A stretch of DNA of 64,000 bases from Squalus acanthias (Eukaryota). The number at the start of each line of letters is the position of its first letter. Position 1 is the first letter of the stretch. Both the position numbers and the translations under genes were made by a program. Under the pieces are notes generated by a model. It did no database searches and had not been told where the DNA came from. It saw only the letters and a list, made by a program, of their open reading frames with translations. Of the stretch, positions 11,770-25,679 are shown piece after piece. The stretch is from contig CM059431.1 of the NCBI GenBank assembly GCA_030390025.1, positions 159,466,001 to 159,530,000 on the forward strand, in the 5' to 3' direction.

Positions 11770-14230
11770 CACGTTGGAACAGACGTAGGCCATTCAGCCC
11801 TCGAGTCTGTTCCACCATTGGATTACATCATATCGGATCAGTATCTTAAATCATTTACCCGCCATTATTCCATAACCCGTAATACCCTTGCATAACCTAA
11901 ATCTGTCAATCTCAGTTTTTACATTTTCAAATGACCTTGTCTCAGCAGCTTTTTGAAGGAAAGAATTCCAAATTTCCACTACCTTTGTGATGAAGGACTA
12001 CTTTCTGACATTACCCCTGAAAGGCTTACCTCTAATCTTACCATCTGGTTATTGATTAATTCAAGATCATTTCTTAGAACTAAATGTAAGATGGGTTGTT
12101 TTCTTATTGGTTCAAGAATGTACTGTTCCAGAAAACTATCCCTATGGTGGACTTCCACACCAGAGGAAATAGTTTTTTCTATCTACCCTACCAAATCTGT
12201 AATCATTTTAAACACCTCAAGTAAATCATCTCTGAACCGTCTACATTCAAGGAAATGGAAGCCGAGTCTACGCAACCTGTCCTCATAATTGCAACTTTTC
12301 AGCCCCGGCATTATTCTGGGGAATCTGCATTGAACTTCCTCGAAGACAAACATATCCTTCCTGAGATGAGGCGCTTAGATATGAATGCAGTTCTCCAGGA
12401 GGGGTCTAACCAGAGCTCCGAACAGCTGTGACATAAATTCCAACGCATTTTATTACAGCTTCTTTGGGTTAAAGGCAAACATTCCAATCGGCTTTTCAAT
12501 TGTGTTTCGTAACTGTTCACCAGCTTTCAGTGATTTCTGTACTTAGGCCCCTAAATTTCTCTGCTCATCCACAGTTACATGTTTCTCGCCATTTGAAAAT
12601 ACTCGGATCTATCTATCTTATGTCCAAAGTAGCTGAACTCACACTTTGCCACATTGAACTCCAACTGCCACAGTTTTGGCCACTAACTTAATCTATCAAT
12701 GCAACTTTCTCCTACCATCTAAACTATTTGCTTGTGCCAATTAAGATAGTGTCGTCAGCAAACTTAGATATACGGCTCTCTGTTTCTACATACATGTAAA
12801 TTATAAATATAGTGAAAAGCTGCTCCCACAGTACAGATGCCAGACGTAAATCGCAAGTCATATTCTGACAATTTGAAGACATATTCATTATCCCGACTCT
12901 CTATCCCCTTCCTACTAACCAATTCCTTATTCAAGCCAAAAGGTTGGCGCGAATTCCATGTACTCTCTTTTTTCTTACAGTTGAAAATTATCGAATTACT
13001 TCTGAAAGTCCGCAAAATGACATCCATTATCACTCCCTTATAGGCCACGTTATTTATCGCATCAACATATTGTGCTAGGTTCGTTATACATGACTTACCC
13101 CTTACAAATCCATGCAGGTTTTCTCTGATCACCTCATATTTGTCCAAATGATCAGCCACTCTGTCCGCAACAACAGATTCCAGTAATTTCCGCACAGCTG
13201 ACATTAGATTCACAGGCCTATAATTTCCCAGTTTATCTCTCCTACCCTTCGTAATTAATGAATTGACTTTGGCACTTTTCCAATCCAAGAGGGCAATTCC
13301 TGAATCGAGAGAATTTTGTAAGATATACTGATGCATTTCCTCACATAGTACTTTTAATATCCTGGGTTGAAAGCTATCGTGTCTGAAGATTTGTTTATCG
13401 TTAATCACATGTATTGTCTCCACCACTGTGCTTTGACGTATATTGAATCTAGTTAGTTGTTCAGCTTGATTGATTTTTAGTTTTCCTTGTATCTCTGGTA
13501 CTTGTGGGATGGGACAGAGGGTCCTGGGAGTTAATGTGCATAGGTCCCTGAAGGTGGCAGGACATATTGAAAGAGTGGTTAGAAAAGCATATGTGATCCG
13601 GTGCTTCAGAGATAGATGTATTGAGTATAAAAGTAGAGAAGATATCCTGAACCTATAAAAAGCGCTGGTTAGGCCACAACTGGAGTATTGCGTCCATTTC
13701 TGGTCACCAGACTTTAGGAAGGATGTGAAGGCCCTTGACACGGTGCAGAGGAGATTGACCAGAATGTTTCCGGGGATGGGGGTTCTTAGCTACAAGGGCA
13801 GGTTGGAAAACTGGATTTATTTTAATTAGAGCAAAGGAGGTTGCTGGGTGATTTGATAGATGTGTACAAGATTATGACGGGTTTGGATAGGCTAGAAGGG
13901 GAAAGGCTGTTCCCAGTCGTTGATGGTACAAGGACTAGGGGCACAGATTTAAGGTTTTGGGCAAGAGATACAGGGGGGGCCGTGAGGGGAACCTTTTTTT
14001 ACGCAGCGCGTATTGATGACCTGGAATTCGCTGCCGATAGAAGTGGTGGAAGCGGAGACACTCAATGTTTTCAAGGGGAGACTGGATAGGCACTTGAGAG
14101 AAATAAACTTGTAGGGCTACGTCGATAGAGCGGTGCAATGGGACAGTTTAGATTGCTCTACAGACAGCCGGCACGGACTCGATGGGCCGTATCGCCTCCT
14201 TGTGTGCCGTTATGACCCTGTGACTCTATG
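11770..14230. mobile_element. Head-to-head CR1 fragments (minus ~11770-13505, plus ~13510-14230)
   Basis: ORF 12764-13741 has DWKSAKVNSLITKG...GNYRPVNLMS...HGFVRGKSCITNL; plus ORFs 13470-14089 are the CR1 RT C-terminus. Confidence 0.85.
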
Positions 14231-14347
14231 ACTTTATCTTCATCCTCTAATTTCAACAAGATACAAAGTAGATATTTTTAAGTTGACCATATCCTGATTT
14301 TCAATTATTTAAATTTCACCTGCGTCTGTCATTAACGGCGGCACAAT

Positions 14348-15087
14348 GGTCCAGATATTCCGATCCCTACGTTGAGTACGCGCTGTGTACCCACCCGCTG
14401 GGACATCGGAAATGCCGGTTTCAAGCATGCACAGCGCATGCGCCGAAAACCGGCATTTCCGATCTGTCAAGAATGGTCTTGACAGATCCTCCGGCTTCAC
14501 TGGAGAAGGGCCTTTGCAGGCGGATAGTTCCGCTGCTTGGAGAACCTCCGCCCGCAGAAAACCCTTACATTTCTTACGACTGGTAAAAGCAGCCTTATTT
14601 AACCAGGATAAAAGTGTCAAAAAGTTTTAAAAATATGTTTCCACTGACTTATCATTTAAAAATACTTTTAAAAAGGTAAGTTTATTTTTACCCGCGTTAA
14701 AAGGCTTCAACTATTTTTTTGAAAAAAATAATTTTTTGTTTAAAATACTTAACTTATTGTAATTTCAAAATTTAAAAATGTGTTTCTCTTATTTATTTAA
14801 AGTTTTACTATGTTTTTGGGATGATCTCCATTCATATATTTGACAGGTCTTCCTGTCAAATGTATGAAGGGAGATTTTCTTCTTTCATTTGCTCCCCATG
14901 GCCCACGTGATCCCAAAGACGCTGCGATCTGCATGCGCCTCTGGGATACGTGGGCCCTGCGCACTTCAAGTTTGGAGAGGCCCAGGAGCAGAAGCGTGTG
15001 CGTCCGGGGAACCCTCATGTAAGGTCGTAGATTTTTCCAGATCGGAGGAATCCGCACGCAGGAAGCCTCCGATCGGAATGTACAGCC
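14348..15087. mobile_element. Harbinger-type MITE (paralog of 6837-7584)
   Basis: Same ends and internal hairpins as 6837-7584. Confidence 0.7.
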
Positions 15088-15111
15088 TCTAATACCGAGT
15101 TCTAACACATT

Positions 15112-16579
15112 GGCCAGGATTTTACCGTGCCCATGACGATGTATGCACAGTGTGCGCCATCGTAAGTGCCCCACGAGTTCCGGGTTTCCGCATGTCATGC
15201 ACTGCTCGAAAACCCTGCACTTGCGATCTGTCAAATTTCTGCTTGACAGTTTGCACGCATCTGCTGTAAATTGGCATTCGTTGGCGCACATTTGGGCCTC
15301 TTGCCCAAATACTGCCCAGCGAATACCCATCAAACACTTATGCCTGATAAAAGCGGGCATAAGGCCTTTTACAGGCATAAGCGTTTAAATAAATGTTAAA
15401 ATAAACATTTTAATATAATTAAAATATTCCCTTACATTTAAAATTAGTGCAGGTTATTTTTGTCCCGTTTAAAAATGTTTAAATTTAATTTTCAAATAAG
15501 TTAATGATTTAGTGAATGGTATTTTAATTAATTTTGAATCTGTGGTGATTTATTTTAATATCTGATTTGCGAAAATGTGTTTTTGGGTGATTTCTATTAT
15601 GCTTATGGGGATTCCGTTCCCTCTGGCCAAAAATTCGGCACTTCCGGTGAGTACGCGCTGTGTACTCACCCGCAAGGCCACCTAAAGTGCTGTTTTCCTG
15701 CATGCACTGCGCATGCGCGGGAAACCGACACTTCCGGTCTCGTGAAGGGAGGGGTTGACAGGTGAACCGCGTGCGTGGGAGAGGCTGAGCGCACGCAGCG
15801 AACTTAGGTTTTTTTCAGGTTTCTCCGGGAAGGTAAATATGGAAGAAGCTGCATTTTTAAGAAGGTTCCAGTTAAAAAAAAATGTCAAAAGGTTTATCTT
15901 TTTTAGATACTTTAAAGAAAGGTAAGTTTATTTTTAGCACTGTTAAAAAGTATTTTAATTTTTTCAATAATTTAAATTTTTGTTTAAAGTAGTTAATTTA
16001 TTTAACTTATAGTTATTTTAAAAATGTGATGGCTTTTTAAAATTTATTTGAAGTTTAGGTGTTGTTTTGGGGCCGATTTCAATTCATAGATTTGACAGGT
16101 CTGTCAAATCTATGAATAAAAGATGGTCTGCTGCCATTGGCTCTCCATGGCCCACGTGATCCCAGGGGACGCATTGCACTAACTGCGCCCCTGGGATACA
16201 CAAGCACTGCACGCCGGAAGCTGCAGGAGGCCCAGGAGCTGAAGTCTCCGTGGGCCCAGAGGTCCACGGCAGGCATGGTAGGTAGGTGCGCGCGGGATCC
16301 TTGCACCCGCAGGAAGTCAGGCAGCCTAATTTCTGGGCCATTATCTCAATAAGCATAATGGGAATCCCTCTTTGTGATTGGTTGGGCTTGCCCACGTGAT
16401 CCCTTGGACGCTTGAGAACAGCATGCACCCCTGGGATACGTGGGCCTTTACGCAGGTGTATGACTGCAGGCCCAGGAGGGCAAATGTTCAAAGGTCCGTA
16501 GAAATCAGGTAGTTGAGGAGTCTTCTTGTGGTTCGGAGCTGCTCGCCCGTGGCAAGCCTCCGAGCACAATTTCCACCCC
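15112..16579. mobile_element. Harbinger-type MITE (paralog of 7609-8365) containing a nested MITE
   Basis: att|ggccaggatttt ... aatttccacccc|att. Confidence 0.75.
15625..16339. mobile_element. Nested Harbinger-type MITE specific to copy B
   Basis: Ends ggccaaaaatt / aatttctgggcc; absent at the paralogous site ~8120. Confidence 0.85.
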
Positions 16580-18585
16580 ATTATGTTCACTGTTAGCTAG
16601 GCGATCCCTTCGTGAATAATCCAGGCTCATTACGCATTACTAAATAAGGCCTGTTCTCTTGTTGGTTCAAGAACGTATTATTCCTAAATATGGTTCCGAA
16701 AACACTCAAGATATTCGGTGCCTTTAGGGCTCGAGCTGTTCTGCTACCCACCGTCTACATGAAAATTGAAGTCTACCATTATAACTGCTCATTCTCTGTT
16801 CTTCGCCTTTATGTATCCCGCTACTTTAATGCTGCTAACTGGAGGTCTATAAATAACTCCACCAAAGACTTGCTTCCTTTTCTATTTCTCAGTTCTACAT
16901 ATAGCGTTTCTACAGTCTGCTCATCTTTATTGATTTCTCATCTTTCTAATCATGTAATAGTGCCCATTGTCAATATTGCTCCTCATTCACTTTCTGTCCC
17001 AATTCCCTGTCTTTTTAAAGACTTTAAAACTTGGAATATTTATCTCCCAGTCATTTCCAACTTTTAGCCACGCCATACCCTGTAAGATGATTTTAAGTTT
17101 CTAATTCACTTCTAATTGGGCAATCGACACTAATGCCCTGATGTTTAAACACACATTTCAATTCATCGCATTTCCTTGTTTATTACCACGTCTGTTGTAT
17201 TTTGATCAGTATTTTGTTGCTACCTCCTATCTATTTCTGATTCTGAAATATGTATATTATATTTAACACTAATGATGATCTGGAGTTCCTTTTTAAAAAT
17301 TTTAAGCTAGTTTTAGTTGTATTTTCGTCTGAGCCTTCCATCACCCAACCCCGTTTTATTGGTTTACAATCTTTCATACAACCCTATTTAACCATTCATC
17401 TTGGACCTTCGTCCGAACCCAGTTCAGGTGAAGCCTGTCCCAGTGTTACAGCTCCTGCCTGTTCCAGCAGTGTTGACAGTGTCCCATCAAATGTAACCCC
17501 TCTTTTCCATGCGAATCATTTAGCCAGGTATGAACTTTTCTAATCGGTTTGTCCCCTATGCCAATTTTCACGTGGCTCGTGGAATAATCCCGAAGTTATT
17601 GCCCTCAAGGTCCTGCCTTTTAATGTAGCTCCTATCTCCTGGGACTATCTGAGTCGGACCTCCCTGTTCATTCCTATGTCATTCGTCCAAATATCGACCA
17701 CGACAACTGGATCATTCACCGCACCCCTCCCCCGCCACTTCCAAATACCTTTCCAAAAAACATCGAAATACAATTAGGTTAATTAAGCAGGCCAACCCAT
17801 GGCTAAGGCTTTGGTGTAGGGAGTCAATCTTTTCAGTTCTTCAAACAATGAGAAAAATGTCATACAAGGGGAGCCTATACAGAACTGATCTGGCTGCACA
17901 TAAACAAAGGCGAGGGTTACAGGCGTTAGCAGACAAAATGGGTAGAATGGGGTGGAGTATTTACACTAGATTCGGGGATAGTTGCGGTAGGTAAAAGAGA
18001 GTATCCATAGCGATGGTAGCAATCGTTAAGGCGTCCCACTGAAAACATGAATGATTATGATTAATAAGTGAATTTCCAAAGGTGTAAAAAAAACAAAGTA
18101 AAAATGTTAGTAATGGAAATGGGATAAGTGAAAGCCATTGGAGCGTTGCTTGTATTATTGCAAAAAACGTCAAACAAATAACATGAGCGACGTCGAAAGT
18201 CTTTCAGGTGCTGCTAGTTTGGGCATCATTCGCGTCATGGAGACATGGTGGATTGATTCCACTCAATCGGTTACATATCTGGAACGATATAAATTGATTG
18301 GAAGAGACGATATCACGAGAAGATGAGGTGGTCTGACAGTATGTTTAAGAAGGGAGATAGAACATGTCCCGGGAATTATAGATGAGTCAGCTTAACATAG
18401 ATTAAGATAGGGCAGATAGATAATGGAATCTCAACTAAAGGCGAAAATAGAAAAGCTTCTGGAAACTAAATATATTCTTTGAACAGAAATTGCACTTTTT
18501 TGCCCCACATATTTGTAAACAAATAAACGGCGATTTCGCTACATTAATTCACCAAAATTGTGCTCAGTATATTCCGGGTCCTTAC

Positions 18586-18666
18586 CTTGTGCGGCGACTC
18601 TTGTATCAAGTTCCAGAGAACCCGGGTAAGTTAACGTTGTGGATTCTGTAGATTAATGAACACACA
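18586..18666 (-). other. Candidate 81-nt exon, copy 2
   Basis: ctgatctttactcag|TGTG...CACAAG|gtaagg on the minus strand. Confidence 0.5.
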
Positions 18667-20154
18667 CTGAGTAAAGATCAGTTACACATCACAGTCATAA
18701 ACAAGAACTTCAGCCTGATCAGTACAATCCCTCCCCGCCCTGTTCTCTGGTACAGCTTTCGATCTGAATCATGCACTGTCTGATGCAGATTGAAATGTTG
18801 TGATAAATTAGCCAAAATCATTAATCCTCTGCGTGGTAACAATGACTACATTTCCACCACAGCTCTTCCAAGTGCGGTTCAGAAGACCCTGCAGTGAAAC
18901 CGTGTTCTGTAGCTGCAATCATTTCCTTGACCTCAAAAATATTTTATTGCTCACCAATAAAAAAAATTATTAAAATACTATGAAAGGGAAGAGACAGCAA
19001 GGGACAAAAATCGGTGATTATAATCTCCAGCAAATAGCCTCCAGTTCATGAGTATTAGTTTGGGCCTTTATCAGGATGGCCCAACCCATGGTTATCAGGC
19101 TCCAGGTTTCACGTACTGGAACTAATCAATCATTGTGTGGGTTAAACTACTGACATTTCTGCTTCATCAGCCTATTAATTTTTAGTGCTGGTGATGTAAT
19201 TTCACATTTTAATTTAATCTTTCTTTCAACAGTTTGGCAGCGGATTCAATTTATTGTGAGAGTGAGAATCTCGGAACATTAAAATAAATTCCGAACTAGC
19301 ATTTGTATTTAATATGAATGTCAAAAGTTCATGCTAGCTGTGGCGTCTCCTCCGTATTTAATTTCCCTTCCTGCTTCTCTGTGCTGCCGCTTCCAGTCTG
19401 TGTACGGCTCCCGCTGCTTCGTGCCTGCAACCCCTGCCTTTTACCTATCTGCTTCCCACTATATTCTGCGCCTAATTTTAACGTTTACTTTCTTCCGCCA
19501 CCGGTCCCATATCTCTTTCTTTCCCAGTTTCCATTCTTATCTGCTCTATGTCTTATTCTGTCGTAACTCCCATTCCCCAGATGTATTTTGATTCCATCTG
19601 CTCCATGCCTGAATGTCTCACTTCCTCTGTAAACGCCTCAAACTCGACAGCCTTCCTCCACCCCTAAATCTCTCCCCTAACCCTTTAGACCTTCCCCCAC
19701 CTACTGCAATCCTAATTGGTCTGTTGCCCTCCGTTTCCTCCTACTCTTCTTTGAGCAATACATGGAATTAGACAATTAGGGATGTGTAATAAATGCTGGC
19801 CTTGCTAGCGACGCCCACATCCTCTGAATGAATAAAAATACGTGGGAAAGAATAAGAGGTAGAAGTGGACCAGAGGTCATCACACTGAAGTTTTTGTTAT
19901 TCGAACGGAAGCTTAAAAGATGGACTCCAGATGTTATGTTTTGTGCAGCGAGATAGAGGATAGGAACACAGGCACGTTGGAACAGACGTAGGCCATTCAG
20001 CCCTCGAGTCTGTTCCACCATTGGATTACATCATATCGGATCAGTATCTTAAATCATAGAAACATAGAAACATAGAAAATAGGTACAGGAGTAGACCATT
20101 CGGTCCTTCGAGCCTGCACCGCCATTCAATGCGTTCATGGCTGAACATGCTACC

Positions 20155-23089
20155 TCAGTACCCCATTCCTGCTTTCTCGCCATACCCCTTGATCCCCCTA
20201 GTTGTGAGTGTTATATCTAACTCCCTTTTGAATATATTTAGCGAACTGGCCTCAACAACCTTCTGTGGAAGAGAATTCCATAGATTCACCACTCTCTGGG
20301 TGAAGAAGTTCCTCCTCAGCTCAGTCTTAAATGGCTTCCCCTTAATCCTTAGACTGTGAACCCTGGTTCTAGTTTTCCCTAACATTGGGAACATTCTGCC
20401 CGCATCTAATTTGTCGAAACCAGTCAGGATTTTAAATGTCTCTATAAGATCCCCCCTCATTCTTCTGAACTCCAGAGGATACAAGTTCAGTTGACCCAAT
20501 CTTTCTTGATATGTCAGTCCGGCCATCACAGGAATCAATCTAGTGAACCTTCGCTGCACTCCCTCAATAGCAAGAATGTCCTTCCTTAAGTTAGGAGACC
20601 AAAACTGCGCTCAATACTCCAGGTGTGGCCTCACCAAGGCCCTGTACAACTGCATCATCACCTCCCTACTCCTGTACTCAAATCCCCTTACTATGAAGGC
20701 CATCATTCCGTTTGCTTTCTTGACTGCCTGCTGCACTTGCATTCCCACCTTCAGTGACTGATGTACCATGACGCCCAGGTCTCGTTGCACCTCCCCTTTC
20801 CCTAATCTGCCACCATTCAGGTAATAGCCCACCTCTCTATTTTTACCACCAAAGTGGATAATCTCACATTTATCCACATTGTACTTCATCTGCCATACAT
20901 TTGCCCATTCACCCAACCTGTCCAAGTCACTCTGTAGCCTCCTAGCATCCTCCTCATTGTTCACACTGCCTCCCAATTTAGTGTCATCCGCAAATTTGGA
21001 GATATTACATTTAATCCCTTCGTCCAAATCATTAATATATAATGTAAACAGCTGGGGTCCCAGCACCGAACCCTGCGGTACCCCGCTGGTCACTGCCTGC
21101 CATTGTGAAAAGTACCCATTTACTCCTACTCTTTGTTTCCTGTGTGCCAACCAGTTCTCAATCCACGTCAACACATTACCCCCAATCCCATGTGCTTTAA
21201 CTTTGCTCACCAATCTCTTGTGTGGGACCTTGTCGAAGGCCTTCTGAAAGTCCAAATACACCACATCTACTGGTTCCCCCCTGTCCACCCTATTGGAAAC
21301 ATCCTCAAAAAATTCCAGAAGATTTGTCAAGCATGATTTCCCTTTCACAAATCCATGCTGACTTGGACCTATCATGTCGCCACTTTCCAAATGGTCTGTT
21401 ATGACATTTTAATAATTGCTTCCATCATTTTACCCACGACCGATGTCAGGCTGACCGGTCTATAATTCCCTGCTTTCTCCCTCCCTCCTTTTTTAAAAAG
21501 AGGGGTTACATTGGCCACCCTCCACTCCATCGGAACTGATCCAGAGTCTAAGGAATGTTGGAAAATGATCGTCAATGCATCCACTATTTCCAAGGCCACC
21601 TCCTTAATACTCTGGGATGCAGACCATCAGGCCCCGGGGATTTTTCAGCCTTCAGTCCCATTAATTTCCCCAATACCTTTTCCCGACTAATAAGGATTTC
21701 CCTCAGCTCCTCCCTCTTACCAGATCCTCTGACCCCTTTTATTTCCGGCAGGTTGTGTGTGTCCTCCACAGTAAACACCGAACCAAAGTACTTGTTCAAT
21801 TGATCAGCCATTTCCTTGTTCCCCATTACGACTTGCCCTGTTTCCGACTGCAGGGGACCTACGTTTGTTTTTACTAACCTCTTTCTTTTTACATATTTAT
21901 AGAAGCTTTTGCAGTCCATTTTAATGTTCTCTGCAAGCTTCCTTTCATATTTTATTTTCCTTGCCCTAATCAAACCCTTCGTCCTCCTTTGCTGAGTTTT
22001 GAAGTTCTCCCAGTCCCCGGGTTTGCTGCTACTTCTGGCCAATTTGTATGCAACTTCCTTGGTTTTAATACTATCCCTGATTTCCCTTGTTAGCCATGGT
22101 TGAGCCACCTTCCCTTTTTTATTTTTACGCCAGAACGGGATGTACAATTGTTGTAGTTCATCCATGCGATCTCTAAATGTCTGCCATTGCCCTTCCACTG
22201 ATAGCCCCTTAAATATCGCTTGCCAATTTAACCTCGCCAATTCACGCCTCATACCATCAAAGTTGCCCTTATTTAAGTTCTGGACCATGGTCTCTGACTT
22301 AACTGTTTCCTTCTCCATCCTAATGTAGAACTCCACCATACTATGGTCACTCTTCCCCAGGGGGCCTCGTACCACAAGATTGCTGATTAGTCCTTCCTCA
22401 TTACACAGCACCCAGTCCAGGATGGCCTCCCCTCGAGTTGGTTCCTCAACATATTGGTTTAGGAAACCATCCCTTAAACACTCCAGGAAATCCTCCTCCA
22501 CCGTATTGCTTCCAGTTTGAGTAGCCCAATCTATATGCATATTAAAGTCACCCATGATAACTGCCGTGCCTTTTTTGCACGCACCTCTGATTTCCTGTTT
22601 CATACCCTCCCCCACCTCACCACTGCTGTTTGGAGGTCTGTACACAACTCCCACTAACGTTTTCTGCCCTTTGGTGTTCTGCAGCTCAACCCATATTGAT
22701 TCCACATCCTCCAAGCTGATGTCCTTCCTAGCTATTGCATTAATCTCCTCTTTAACCAGCAATGCTACCCCACCCCCTTTTCCTTTTATTCTATCCTTTC
22801 TGAATGTTGAATACCCCTGGTTGTTCAGTTCCCAGCCTTGATTGTTCTGGAGCCACGTCTCTGTAATCCCAATCACATCGTATCCGTTAACATCTATTTG
22901 CACAGTCAATTCATCCACCTTATTACGGATACTCCTTGCATTAAGACACAGAGCCTTTACGCTTATTTTATTAACATCCTTTGTCCTTTTAGACTTATGA
23001 TTTAGTATGGCCCTTTGTGTTTCTTGCCTTTGTTTACTCGGCCTTCCCCTATTGTTTCTCACCCTTCTAACATTTGTTTCTGACTGCAT
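20155..23089 (-). pseudogene. CR1 ORF2 (APE endonuclease plus reverse transcriptase), a few disruptions
   Basis: LNARSIRNK, ITETWL, VYRPPN, MGDFN, SDH (endonuclease); SPGPDG, NYRPVSLTS, QHGF, YLDFQKAFDKV, GVPQGSVLGP, FADD (RT). Confidence 0.95.
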
Positions 23090-23136
23090 ATTACTTCCCC
23101 CTGTTTCGCTACATAGGTTCCCCTTCCCCTGCCATA

Positions 23137-23790
23137 TTAGTTTAAATCCTCCCGAACTGCTTTAGCAAATATTACCCCGAGGACATCGGTTCCAGTCCTG
23201 CCCAAGTGCAGACCGTCCCTTTTGTACAGGTCCCACTTCCCCCAGAACTGGTTCCAATGCCTCAGGAATTTGAATCCCTCCCTCCTGCACCACTGCTCAA
23301 GCCACGTATTCAATCTCACTATCCTGTTCTCTCTATTCTGATTAGCTCGTGGGCCTGGTAGCAATCCAGAGATTACTACCTTAGAGGTCCTACTTTTTAA
23401 TTTAGCTCCTAGCTCCCTAAATTCTGCTTGTAGGACCTCTTCCCGCTTTTTACCTATATCGTTGGTACCTACATGCACCACGACAGCTGGCTGTTTACCC
23501 TCCCTCTTCAGAATGTTCTGCAGCCGCTCCGAGACATCCTTGACCCTTGCACCAGGGAGGCAACATACCATCCTGGAATCTCGGTTGCGGCCACAGAAAC
23601 TCCTGTCTATTCCCCTTACAATTGAGTCCCCTATCACTATAGCCCTACCACTCTTTTTCCCGCCCTGCTGTGCAGCAGAGCCAGCCATGGTGCCATGAAC
23701 CTGGTTGCTGGTGCCTTCCCCTGGTAGGCCATCTCCCCCAACAGTATCCAAAGCGGCATACCTGTTTTGGAGGGAGATGACCACACACAT
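23137..23790 (-). CDS. CR1 ORF1 SGNH/GDSL esterase domain (N-terminally truncated)
   Basis: VIGDSIVR, CLPGA, HVGTND and DGLH motifs. Confidence 0.9.
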   Translation of the reverse strand: MCVVISLQNRYAALDTVGGDGLPGEGTSNQVHGTMAGSAAQQGGKKSGRAIVIGDSIVRGIDRSFCGRNRDSRMVCCLPGARVKDVSERLQNILKREGKQPAVVVHVGTNDIGKKREEVLQAEFRELGAKLKSRTSKVVISGLLPGPRANQNRENRIVRLNTWLEQWCRREGFKFLRHWNQFWGKWDLYKRDGLHLGRTGTDVLGVIFAKAVREDLN

Positions 23791-23937
23791 TTACTCACAA
23801 CCCGTAATACCCTTGCATAACATAAATCTGTCAATCTCAGTTTTTACATTTTCAAATGACCTTGTCTCAGCAGCTTTTTGAAGGAAAGAATTCCAAATTT
23901 CCACTACCTTTGTGATAAGGACTACTTTCTGACATTA

Positions 23938-25205
23938 CAAAAGGCATTTGATAAAGTACCACATAACACACTTATCCGGAAAATAGAAGCACACAATATT
24001 ACAGGGACGGTGGTTACTTGGATACGAAATTGGCTAAGGGTTGGGAGACAGGGATTACAGGTGAAAGGATGCTTTGTTTCTGATTGGAGATAAGTATGTA
24101 GTGGGGTCCACCAGGTGTCGATATGAGGACCAATGCTTTTCTTGTTATATATAAATTAACTGGAGATGGGTACAGGAAGTACAATTTCGAAGTTTGCGAG
24201 TGATACATAACTTGGCAACGTAATAAATAGTTATCATGATAACAGCAGGCTGCAGGTGGACACAGACATACTGGTGAAATGGGCAGACACATGGCAGATG
24301 CAATTTAAGGCGGATGACTCTGAAGTGATGCACTATGCGTGAAACAGAACGAAGAGGCAGTATAATCGAAATTGTATTCATTTTAGGAGGTGCAAGTGCA
24401 GAGGGGCCTGGATGCATATTCACAGATCTTTGAAGGTGGCAGGGCAAGTTGAGAAGGTGGTTAAAAAAGCGTATGGGTTTCCTTGCTTTGAAAATAGAGG
24501 CATTTAATACATAAACAAGGAAGACATGGAAAACATTTATAAGTCTCTGGTTATGCCTCAGCTGGAGTACTTTATACAATTCTGGGCACCAAACTTTAGG
24601 AAGGATGTCAAAGCTCTGGAGAGTGTGCAGAAGAGGTTTGCCAGGATGATACCAGGGTTGAGGGACTTCAGTAATGTGGAGATTGGAGAAGCTTGGATGG
24701 CTCTCCTGAGAGCAGAAAAGGGTAAGAGGAAACCTAATAGAGGTATTCGAAATCATGAGGGGTTTAGATAGAGCAGGTAGGGAGAAAATAGTTCCTCTGT
24801 CAAGTGGGAAGATAGCCAGAGGTCATAGATTAAAAATAATTGATAAAAGAGATTGTTAAGATCTGGAACGCATTACCTGAAAGGGTGGTGGAATCAGATT
24901 CCATAGGAACTTTTAACAGGAAATTAGGCATGTACTTGAAGAGGACTAATTTGCAGGGTTACGGGAAAAAATCTGGGTCATGTAACTTAATTAGACAGCT
25001 CTTTCAAAGAGCCGTAATAGTCCTGATGGACCGAATGGGATCCGAATGTGCTGTAAGATTCTATGATTATATTCTATGCTCCGTGCTCGATCTATCTCAT
25101 TTCCGTCCGCCCTCCTGGTCTATATCTGAGTCTCCCCCTCCTTTCCTTTCCATCTGTCCCATGCCTGATTACCCTCTCTGCTTCCTTCTCCATCCTGCTG
25201 CTTAT
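23938..25205 (+). repeat. Decayed CR1 3' fragment plus unique flank, duplicated at ~42120-43358
   Basis: CR1 RT remnants; the post-tail flank (ctcatttccgtccgccctcctggtctatatctga) recurs at 43251. Confidence 0.85.
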
Positions 25206-25237
25206 GTAAGGAGAACCATCCAAGCTTCTCCAATCTC

Positions 25238-25672
25238 CACATTGGCCTTTATTGCAAAGGGGATGGAGTATAAAAGTAGGGAAGTCTTGCTACAACTGTA
25301 CAGGACATTGGTGAGACGACACCTGGAGTACTGCGTACAGTTTTGGTCCCCTTATTTAAGGAAGGATATACTTATATTGGAGGCAGTTCAGTGAAGGTTC
25401 ACTAGGTTGATTCCTGAGTTGAAGGGGTTGTCTTATGAGGAAAGGTTGAGCAGGTTGGGCCTATACTCATTGGGGTATAGAAGAATGATAGGTGATCTTA
25501 TTGAAACATATAAGGTTCAGAGGGGGCTTGACAGGGTAGATGCAGAGAGGATGTTTCCGCTCGTGGGGGAATCTAGAACTAGGGGGCATATTTTCAGAAT
25601 AAGGGGTCGCCCATTTAAAACGGAGATGAGGAGAAATTCTTCTCTCAGAGGGTCGTGAATCTTTGGAATTCT
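25238..25672 (+). mobile_element. CR1 RT fragment
   Basis: LAFIAKGMEYKSREVLLQLYRTLVRRHLEYCVQFWSPYL; ORF 25407-25658. Confidence 0.85.
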
Positions 25673-25679
25673 CAACTGT

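Larger units (their letters stand above)
4562..12832 (+). repeat. Tandem segmental duplication, copy A (~8.2 kb period)
   Basis: tacagatgccagacgtaaa at 4563, 12833 and 27517; attagggatgtgtaa at 11574, 19775 and 26258; collinear throughout. Confidence 0.95.
12833..20055 (+). repeat. Tandem segmental duplication, copy B (resumes at ~23790-23938 after a CR1 insertion)
   Basis: Collinear with 4562-11855; 23800-23938 matches 11874-12014. Confidence 0.95.
20056..23790 (-). mobile_element. Young, near full-length CR1 LINE (truncated within ORF1)
   Basis: (catagaaa)n tail at 20055; long ORF2 pieces and ORF1; interrupts duplication copy B. Confidence 0.97.

Noticed and set aside
12764..13741. 325-aa ORF conserved in three copies (also 4638-5420 and 27657-28294)
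   Set aside because: It is a chimera of antisense CR1 and decayed sense CR1 RT across a head-to-head junction; the paralogs are broken at different places
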